DNA of 64,000 bases from Dehalococcoidia bacterium (GTDB lineage: Bacteria > Chloroflexota > Dehalococcoidia > Lucifugimonadales > CATOSD01): positions 2,011,381-2,075,380 of the forward strand of contig CBDHFB010000016.1 of the NCBI GenBank assembly GCA_965262385.1, given 5' to 3'. Below the pieces are notes generated by a model. It saw only the letters and a list, made by a program, of their open reading frames with translations. It was not told the origin of the DNA and did not search any database. Positions 44,201-51,616 of the stretch are shown piece after piece (the first letter of the stretch is position 1; every line of letters begins with the position of its first letter). The position numbers and the translations under genes were made by a program.

Positions 44201-44668
44201 ATGACCACCGACGCTGACATCGAATACGACCGCTCGCTGCTGGGCGTAGAGCACCCCGTGGGCACGTTTGAAGTGACCCAGGATATGATTGTCGACTTTG
44301 CCAGGTCCACCGGCGAGACGAACCCCGTCTACCTGGACGAAGAGCAGGCCGCTCAATCGCGGTACGGCGGCATAATCGCGCCTCCCACGTTCTGCAACAT
44401 CTTCATATCCGGCGGCAAGCGGCCCGACCCGCAGATCAAGTTCGGCGACCTCTCCTTCTTCGCCGGACAGGCTATCGAGTCGCTGCTGCCCGTTCGCCCG
44501 GGCGACACCCTCGAGGCCGCCACAAGGCTCAAAGAGGTGTACGCCAAGACGGGCCGGTCGGGCAAGATGGTGTTCGCCGTGTGGGAGACCAGTCTCGCCA
44601 ACCAGACTGGCGAGACCGTCGCGCTGGTGCGCGAGTCTTTCGTGCGCAGGAACAGGAGCAGGCGATGA
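44201..44668 (+). CDS. MaoC-like dehydratase, N-terminal-type hotdog subunit
   Basis: ...FARSTGETNPVYLDEE.A..S.YGGIIAPPTF... Confidence 0.75.
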   Translation: MTTDADIEYDRSLLGVEHPVGTFEVTQDMIVDFARSTGETNPVYLDEEQAAQSRYGGIIAPPTFCNIFISGGKRPDPQIKFGDLSFFAGQAIESLLPVRPGDTLEAATRLKEVYAKTGRSGKMVFAVWETSLANQTGETVALVRESFVRRNRSRR

Positions 44669-45099
44669 CGGCGCTCTTTTACGAAGACGTTGAGATAGGC
44701 GACGACATCGGCCCTGTCGAGCGCGTGGTGACCACTGAGGAGGTCGTCGCGTTCGGCGAGATCCGCCAGCAGGACACCGGGCCGAACCGCTTCAACAGCG
44801 CGGAAGTGGCGAAGAGCGAGGGGCTGCCCGGCCCTATCGTCCCCGGCGCCATGAACATCGCCATCATGTCGCAGCTCATAACCGGCTGGTCGCCCAGCGT
44901 GACCCTCAGGCTGCTGGACGTGGTGTTCCGTCAGGTCGTCCCCCACAACACGCCGCTGACACTGACCGGCATCGTCACCGACATGAACGTCGTCGACGGC
45001 AAGGGCCAGGTGGAGTGCGACGTGTTCATGCAGAACGAAGAGGGCACCCGTCTCGTCATCGCGAGGGCGGTTGCCGTGCTGCCTAACAAGAGCGGGTAG
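44665..45099 (+). CDS. MaoC-like (R)-hydratase hotdog subunit
   Basis: Start ATGA overlaps the upstream stop. ...GLPGPIVPGAMNIAIMSQLIT... Confidence 0.75.
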   Translation: MTALFYEDVEIGDDIGPVERVVTTEEVVAFGEIRQQDTGPNRFNSAEVAKSEGLPGPIVPGAMNIAIMSQLITGWSPSVTLRLLDVVFRQVVPHNTPLTLTGIVTDMNVVDGKGQVECDVFMQNEEGTRLVIARAVAVLPNKSG

Positions 45100-45678
45100 T
45101 TGCCCCTTTCGAATCCCAGGGGCGTCTGCGTCTGGCTTACGGGCCTGAGCGGCTCTGGCAAGACCTCCACCGCCGAGGCGCTCTCGGCGCTCATCGTCGA
45201 ACGCGGCCGCCAGGTGAGCCTTTTCGACGGCGACGTCATTCGCAAACACCTCTCCGCAGAGCTCGGCTTCAGCAAGGAGCATCGCGACGTCAACGTGCGG
45301 CGCGTGGGATTCGTCGCTTCCGAAATCGTGCGCCACGGCGGTGTGGTCGTGTGCGCCCTCATAAGCCCCTATGAGGCGGTGCGCGACGAGGTGCACCACA
45401 TGGTGGGCGACGGCAAATTCGTCGAGGTGTACGTGAACACCCCGCTCAGTGTGTGCGAGGCGCGGGACGACAAGGGGATGTACGGAAAGGCCCGGCGCGG
45501 CGAGATCAAAGGCTTCACCGGGATAGACGACCCCTACGAGCCGCCCACGCATCCAGAGATCGAGCTCGACACCGTCTGCCGCTCCGTGGCAGAGAACGCC
45601 GCGCGCATACTCGATTACCTCATTTGCAGGGGTTTCTTGGCGGGCATTGATAAGGATTCACCACTGAGGCATAAGTAA
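45100..45678 (+). CDS. cysC: Adenylyl-sulfate kinase
   Basis: VWLTGLSGSGKTS P-loop, DGDVIR, GFSKEHRDVNVRR, GFTGIDDPYEPP. TTG start. Confidence 0.9.
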   Translation: MPLSNPRGVCVWLTGLSGSGKTSTAEALSALIVERGRQVSLFDGDVIRKHLSAELGFSKEHRDVNVRRVGFVASEIVRHGGVVVCALISPYEAVRDEVHHMVGDGKFVEVYVNTPLSVCEARDDKGMYGKARRGEIKGFTGIDDPYEPPTHPEIELDTVCRSVAENAARILDYLICRGFLAGIDKDSPLRHK

Positions 45679-45725
45679 AAGTTGCGATAATCGATCAATC
45701 CCAACTGCGAGAGGAGTTGTCGAAA

Positions 45726-45872
45726 GTGCGTAATGTGAGCCAATATCACTCTGCTCTCCACGAGTCGGACAATAAGTATCACACCAACTCTGGGTGTCCA
45801 CAGGGCAAAAACATCGAGACACGATGCAAATGTTCCGAAAGACGCCCCGCACAACGCTGCCAATGGTGCTAA
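45726..45872 (+). CDS. Small Cys-rich protein (48 aa)
   Basis: GTG after GAGAGGAG. ...KYHTNSGCPQGKNIETRCKCSERRPAQRCQWC fits the YH-x4-C-x2-G-x2-I...C-x2-C small-protein pattern. Below the ORF-track cutoff. Confidence 0.4.
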   Translation: MRNVSQYHSALHESDNKYHTNSGCPQGKNIETRCKCSERRPAQRCQWC

Positions 45873-46029
45873 GGCACCAGCGGCGAATCGTCCTCCGATT
45901 CCCGTTAAGTTGGACACAATCTGGCTTGGCCCGGTATCTTCCCATGCGTCAGCCTGATATGCGGCATGCTCACGCCGGCGGCCGGTAGCGCCCGCCCGTC
46001 AAACACACATTCGCTCAAGGAGACCCGAA

Positions 46030-47337
46030 TTGTCATTCGATTTCGTGCAGACGACCGCCAAGAGTGTGCGGAGCCTGGCGCCCTACGCTCCGGCCGATCA
46101 GCTTGCCCTGGCGGCTGAGGTCGGCGGCGCGCTCAGGGACGCCCGCGTCATCCACGTCAACTCCACCGCGGTGGGCGGCGGAGTGGCAGAGGTGCTGAAG
46201 AGCCTGGCGCCGCTCATGACCGATTGCGGCCCCGCGACCGACTGGATGGTCATCCGGGGCACTGACGACTTCTTCGAGATCACCAAGCGGCTCCACAACC
46301 TGCTGCAGGGCGCGGAGGGCGAGCTTACCCAGAGTGAGTTGGACCGCTACGTAGCGCACAACGAAAACGTGGCGCGCCAGATCGCGGCGCAGGGCGTCGC
46401 GCCGGACGTCTGGGTGCTGCACGACCCGCAGACGCTGCCCCTGGCGGCGCTGCTGCCGTCCGACGCCAGGATCATCTGGGTGTGCCACATCGACACGACG
46501 CTGCCCAACAGGCCCGTCATCGAGCAGCTCGTGCCCTTCATGCGGCAGGCTCACCGCGTCGTGGTCTCCCTGCCGCACTACGCCGTGCCCGAGCTCGATC
46601 CCGCCGCCGTGCGCGTGATCCCACCCGCCATCGACCCGCTGCTGCCCAAGAACACGCCGCGCCCCGATGCGGACGTGCGGCGCACGCTGGCCGCTATGGG
46701 TCTGGACACCGGGCGTCCCCTGATGGCGCAGGTGTCGCGGTTCGACTACTGGAAGGATCCCTGGGGAGTGATCGACGCCTACCGGGAGGCCAAGGAGAGC
46801 GTGCCGGGCGTTCAGCTTGCGCTCCTCGGCGTGATCGAGGCAAAGGACGATCCGGAGGCGTTCGACGTGCTGGAGACGGTGTGCGCCCACGCTGGCGGCG
46901 ATCCTGACGTGCATCTCTACTCCGACCCCGCCGAGGCCGGGGCGCTGGAGGTCGGCGCGGTGCAGCAGGGCGCCGACGTAGTGATCCAGAAGTCGCTGCG
47001 GGAGGGCTTCGGCCTGACCGTGACCGAGGCCATGTGGAAGGGCTCGCCGGTGATAGGCGGCAACTGCGGCGGCATACGCACGCAGATAGCAGACGGGCGC
47101 ACCGGCTACCTGGTGGACTCGCCGTCGGAGTGCGCGCGGCGGGCCGTGGAGCTGATGCAGGACCCGGAGAAGACTCGCCGCATGGGCCGGGCGGCGCGGG
47201 AGTCGGTTCGCGAGAGATTCCTCACGTCGCGGGTGCTGGCTGACTATCTGTCGCTGGTCCGCGAGCTCGCCTCGAGGGCGGTGCCCAGCCCGGACCCCGC
47301 CCTGGGCGAACCATCGCCCGTGTCCGGCGACTCGTAG
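46030..47337 (+). CDS. GT4 glycosyltransferase, TreT-like (trehalose-synthase type)
   Basis: IHVNSTAVGGGVAEVLKSLAPLM...WMVIRGTDDFFEITKRLHNLLQG resembles the TreT N-terminal domain. C-terminal EGFGLTVTEAMWKG. TTG start after AAGGAGA. Confidence 0.65.
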   Translation: MSFDFVQTTAKSVRSLAPYAPADQLALAAEVGGALRDARVIHVNSTAVGGGVAEVLKSLAPLMTDCGPATDWMVIRGTDDFFEITKRLHNLLQGAEGELTQSELDRYVAHNENVARQIAAQGVAPDVWVLHDPQTLPLAALLPSDARIIWVCHIDTTLPNRPVIEQLVPFMRQAHRVVVSLPHYAVPELDPAAVRVIPPAIDPLLPKNTPRPDADVRRTLAAMGLDTGRPLMAQVSRFDYWKDPWGVIDAYREAKESVPGVQLALLGVIEAKDDPEAFDVLETVCAHAGGDPDVHLYSDPAEAGALEVGAVQQGADVVIQKSLREGFGLTVTEAMWKGSPVIGGNCGGIRTQIADGRTGYLVDSPSECARRAVELMQDPEKTRRMGRAARESVRERFLTSRVLADYLSLVRELASRAVPSPDPALGEPSPVSGDS

Positions 47338-47357
47338 GGCGCGGCACGGCGTTGTGT

Positions 47358-47421
47358 CACCCCTATCCCCTTATCGAGTACGGGGCAGGCTCTAACCTTC
47401 CCCCGTCGAGGGGGAAGGGAC
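47358..47421 (+). repeat. REP-B element
   Basis: CCCCTTATCGAGTACGGGGCAGGCTCTAACCTTCCCCCGTCGAGGGGGAAGGGA. Confidence 0.9.
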
Positions 47422-47515
47422 TTCGGAATGGTTCGGCCACTGGCGGGCGCGGGCGCGCTTTGCTAGAATCGCACCGTCCCCACTGAAGAGCAAGCGACAC
47501 TTTCCAGGAGCCGCC

Positions 47516-48844
47516 ATGCCCACCACACAAGAGCTCAAGGCCAGGGTGGAAGCCGAAATCGACCGCCAGGGCCAGCAGCTTATAACAACCACCAAGACCA
47601 TTCTCAACAACCCCGAGCCGGGCTTTCGCGAGGTCAAGACCGCCAGGACCGTGGCCGAAAGCTTCCAGTCGATGGGCATACCCTACGAGGACGGCATCGG
47701 CATCACCGGGCTCAAGGGCATGCTGCGGGGCGGCGCCTCCGGCCCCACCGTCGCGGTCATGGGAGAGCTCGACTCCCTCAAGGTGCTGGGCCACCCCCAC
47801 GCCGACCCCGAGACGACCGCCGCACACGCCTGCGGCCACCACTGCCAGATAGGCATGATGCTGGCCGTCGCCGCCGGGCTGACCGGCTCCGGCGTGATGG
47901 ACGATCTCTCCGGGCGCGTCGCGCTGATAGCCGTTCCCGCCGAGGAGTACATCGAGATCGAGTACAGGGACGATCTGCGCAGAGAGGGCAAGCTGGAGTT
48001 TCTGGGGGGCAAGCCGGAGTTCATCCGGCTCGGCGCGCTCGATGACGTGGACCTCGCGATGATGACCCACACGTCCAGCAACCGCGACGAGGGCAAGATC
48101 GCCATCGGCGGCACCAACAACGGCATCGTCGCCAAGCGCATCCAGTTCAACGGGCGCGCTTCACACGCAGGCGGCGCGCCTCACGCCGGGGTGAACGCCC
48201 TGAACGCCGCGATGATCGCGCTGAACGCCATCCACGCCCAGCGCGAGACGTACCGCGACTACGACACGATACGCATTCACCCCATCATCACACGCGGCGG
48301 CGCGTCGGTGAACTCCGTTCCCGCCGACGTGCGAATGGAGACTTTCGTGCGCGGCAGGTCCGTCGAGGCTTTCCTCGCCGCCAGCGATAAGGTGGACCGC
48401 GCACTGCGCGCGGGGGCGATGGCCGTGGGCGGCAGCGTCGACATAACCACCCTGCCCGGCTACATGCCCATACAGAACGACGAGACCATGCTCCAGCTTT
48501 ACCGCGCCAACGCCGCCGGTCTCGTGGGCGAAGAGAACATCGTTCGGCTTCAGCATCGCACCGGCTCCACCGACATGGGCGACGTCTCCCAGATCATGCC
48601 GATCATCCACCCCTACGTCGTCGCGGCCACCGGCAACGGCCACGGCGACGACTACGTGGTGCAGGACTACGAGCTCGGCGTGCTAACCGCCGCCAAGGCG
48701 ATGGCCTGCACCGTAGTAGATCTGCTGGCGGACGGCGCGCGCAACGCCAGCGATATCCAGGAGCGCTACCGTGCCCCGATGACCAAGTCTGAGTACCTGT
48801 CCGTAATGAGAAGCATGCACAGCGAAGCGACCTACACGCGGTAG
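47516..48844 (+). CDS. M20-family amidohydrolase (AbgB/M20D-like)
   Basis: ...GELDSLKVLGHPHADPETTAAHACGHH... Confidence 0.8.
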   Translation: MPTTQELKARVEAEIDRQGQQLITTTKTILNNPEPGFREVKTARTVAESFQSMGIPYEDGIGITGLKGMLRGGASGPTVAVMGELDSLKVLGHPHADPETTAAHACGHHCQIGMMLAVAAGLTGSGVMDDLSGRVALIAVPAEEYIEIEYRDDLRREGKLEFLGGKPEFIRLGALDDVDLAMMTHTSSNRDEGKIAIGGTNNGIVAKRIQFNGRASHAGGAPHAGVNALNAAMIALNAIHAQRETYRDYDTIRIHPIITRGGASVNSVPADVRMETFVRGRSVEAFLAASDKVDRALRAGAMAVGGSVDITTLPGYMPIQNDETMLQLYRANAAGLVGEENIVRLQHRTGSTDMGDVSQIMPIIHPYVVAATGNGHGDDYVVQDYELGVLTAAKAMACTVVDLLADGARNASDIQERYRAPMTKSEYLSVMRSMHSEATYTR

Positions 48845-48914
48845 GGGGCGGACTCTTCGCACAGCCACACCAACCACACTGAACCCGCGCGAGCGCGGCC
48901 ATCGGGAGGGCGAA

Positions 48915-50255
48915 ATGCCGACCATAGAGGAGCTGAAGCTAAAGGTGCAGGCCGCGATCGACGAGCGCAGCGACTGGCTCGTCAACATCTCCAAGACGAT
49001 CCTGGACAACCCGGAGCCGGGGTTCCACGAGTTCAAGACCGCCGCACTGGTGAGCGAAAGGCTGAGCGAGCTTGGCATAGCCCACCAGACCGGCATCGCG
49101 CTGACCGGCATCAAGGGCGTCCTGGCCGGCGGTCGGCCCGGGCCGACCGTCGCGGTCATCGGCGAGCTCGACTCGCTGCGGGTGCTCGACCACGCGCACG
49201 CCGACCCGGAGACCGGAGCGGCGCACGCCTGCGGCCACCACTGCCAGATAGGCATGATGATGGGGGCCGCCGTGGGTCTGATGGTGCCCGAGGTGCTCGA
49301 ATCGCTCGCCGGCAACGTCGCCCTCATCGCCGTGCCGGCCGAGGAGTTCATCGACGTCGAGTACCGCTGGAACCTGCACAAGGAGGGCAAGCTGGGACTG
49401 ATGGCGGGCAAGCAGGAGTTCATACGCCTGGGCGCCTTCGACGACGTGGACATGGCGATGATGGTGCATACGGCCTCGTCGAACGAACGGACCAAGTTCG
49501 CCATCGGCGGCACGAGCAACGGCCACGTGGTGAAGTACATAAGGTTCGTAGGCAAAGCGGCCCACGCCGGCGGCTCGCCCGAGCTGGGCGTGAACGCCCT
49601 GCAGGCGGCGATGCTGGCGCTGAACGCGCTGAACTCGCAGAGGGAGACGCTGCGCAACGAGGACACGATCCGGCTTCACGGCATACTCACCCACGGCGGC
49701 GTGGCCGTAAACTCCATCCCCGCGGACGTGCGGTACGAGGGCCGGGTGCGCGGCAGGAACGCCGAGGTGATCGCGGACGCAAACATGAAGATGGACCGCT
49801 GCTTGCGCGCCGGCGCGCTGGCCATGGGCGCGACGGTGGAGATAGCGTCCATACCGGGCTACCTGCCGATGGTGAACAACGACGATCTGATGGACGTGTT
49901 CAAGGCCAACGCCGAGGAGCTCGTCGGCGAGCGCGAGGTCGGCGTGCATCCGCCGGACCTGAACCGGGGCGGCTCCACCGACATGGGCGACCTGAGCCAG
50001 ATTATGCCGGCGGTGCACCCGTACACGCGCGCGGCCACCGGGACCGGCCATGGCACCGACTACGTGGTGCAGGACTACGAGCAGGCGGTGATCAACCCGG
50101 CCAAGGCGATGGCGATGGCGGTGATAGACCTGCTCTACGGCGACGCCGAACGCGGCAAGGAGACGCTCGCCAAGAGTCCCCCGAACATGAGCAAGGCCCA
50201 GTACCTGGCGCTACAGGACAGCCGGATGGTGGAAGAGGTGTACGAGGGGAAGTAG
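48915..50255 (+). CDS. M20-family amidohydrolase, tandem paralog
   Basis: Collinear with 47516-48844 (MPTxxELKxxVxAxID..., AHACGHHCQIGMM). Confidence 0.8.
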   Translation: MPTIEELKLKVQAAIDERSDWLVNISKTILDNPEPGFHEFKTAALVSERLSELGIAHQTGIALTGIKGVLAGGRPGPTVAVIGELDSLRVLDHAHADPETGAAHACGHHCQIGMMMGAAVGLMVPEVLESLAGNVALIAVPAEEFIDVEYRWNLHKEGKLGLMAGKQEFIRLGAFDDVDMAMMVHTASSNERTKFAIGGTSNGHVVKYIRFVGKAAHAGGSPELGVNALQAAMLALNALNSQRETLRNEDTIRLHGILTHGGVAVNSIPADVRYEGRVRGRNAEVIADANMKMDRCLRAGALAMGATVEIASIPGYLPMVNNDDLMDVFKANAEELVGEREVGVHPPDLNRGGSTDMGDLSQIMPAVHPYTRAATGTGHGTDYVVQDYEQAVINPAKAMAMAVIDLLYGDAERGKETLAKSPPNMSKAQYLALQDSRMVEEVYEGK

Positions 50256-50328
50256 TGGGCCGGCGTGGTTACGTTAGCGAATGGCTCCAGCTTGACACTC
50301 CGAACTCCCAGAACTGAGATCTACAAGA

Positions 50329-51192
50329 ATGCCACAAACCACAATCGCCGTTATCGCTGACTGCGACGGCACGTTGGCTCCAGACACTACTAATCAGTTG
50401 CTGGAGCATTTCAACGTGGATCTCGATTGGTTCTGGCAGGGTCAGGTCCAACCACTCGTAAAGGCAGGATGGGACGAGCATCTGGCCTATATGCAAATGC
50501 TGCTGAACTTATCGAAAGAAGGGGGACCCTTGGAGGACCTGACCGACGGAAAGCTTGCAGAAATTGGTGGGCAACTGGATTTCTATTCCGGCGTTCCCGA
50601 TGGTCTTATTGCTCTCCGGGAAGAGATTCAAGACGAGCCGAGGTTCAGAGACATTGGCATCCGAGTCGAGTTCTATGTCATATCGGCCGGCATTGGTGCC
50701 ATGCTGCGGGCAAGCGCTTTGTCAAGAGTGGCCCATCGCATCTGGGCTTGCGATTTCGCATACGACGATACGGGAAAAGTTAGCTACCTGAAGAATGTTG
50801 TTTCATTCACTGACAAGACTCGCTTTCTCTTTTTGGTCAACAAGGGAAGGGTTGGCGAAGAGTATTTCAACAAATCTTATGTCGTCAATGAACCTATGGA
50901 CGAGGACGAACGCCCAGTACCATTCACGAACATGGTTTACGTCGGGGACGGCCCAACCGACATACCCTGTATGTCCCTTCTTACGGACAAAGGCGGCTAT
51001 GTGATTGGCATCCTTGGGAAAGATGCTAACAGGGCTTGGGCGCTCGGCTACGGACGCCGGACCAATGTGACTGTTCCTCCAGAGTTTGCCCCTGGGGAAC
51101 ACGGATACGAACAATTGAAGGAAGCCATCATAAACATTGCGGAGAACATTCACAACCAACTGCGACCGCAAGGCCCAGTTCCTTCCCACTAG
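50329..51192 (+). CDS. HAD-superfamily (subfamily IB-like) hydrolase
   Basis: Motif I IADCDGTL and motif IV VGDGPTDIPCM. Lies in AT-richer DNA. Confidence 0.6.
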   Translation: MPQTTIAVIADCDGTLAPDTTNQLLEHFNVDLDWFWQGQVQPLVKAGWDEHLAYMQMLLNLSKEGGPLEDLTDGKLAEIGGQLDFYSGVPDGLIALREEIQDEPRFRDIGIRVEFYVISAGIGAMLRASALSRVAHRIWACDFAYDDTGKVSYLKNVVSFTDKTRFLFLVNKGRVGEEYFNKSYVVNEPMDEDERPVPFTNMVYVGDGPTDIPCMSLLTDKGGYVIGILGKDANRAWALGYGRRTNVTVPPEFAPGEHGYEQLKEAIINIAENIHNQLRPQGPVPSH

Positions 51193-51248
51193 GGGGCGTT
51201 CACTTTCAGACTGGTAGCCTGCTACAATCATTGTGAGGAGGCCGAGAA

Positions 51249-51614
51249 ATGGCAATGTTGGAAACTCTACCCACGACAGACGCATTGTCCGAAGCCGCAG
51301 GTGACGCGGTTGGAAGAATATACGAGGTTGACATCGGCGATGACACCACTGCCAACCTGTTGGCTCAGCGAAACTGGGTGCGTGTCTATCTGGGGTCTGG
51401 CGAAGCGTATGCCGCGGTGCTGCGATTCGGCTCTCTAAACTCAGGGGCGCTCTGGGTACACGACAACCTCATCGGAGAGTTCGCGAGAGAACCCTCCGGG
51501 TCATTCGCGGTTACCGAGATAGAAGACGGGTTCAAGAAACCCTCTCCGATAACGAATACCGACCCCATCAAGTACCTGCTGGACCGCCTGTTGAATGCCC
51601 GGAGCGCGCAGTAG
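51249..51614 (+). CDS. Hypothetical protein
   Basis: 121 aa with a GAGGAGG Shine-Dalgarno. No recognisable motif. Confidence 0.5.
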   Translation: MAMLETLPTTDALSEAAGDAVGRIYEVDIGDDTTANLLAQRNWVRVYLGSGEAYAAVLRFGSLNSGALWVHDNLIGEFAREPSGSFAVTEIEDGFKKPSPITNTDPIKYLLDRLLNARSAQ

Positions 51615-51616
51615 CC

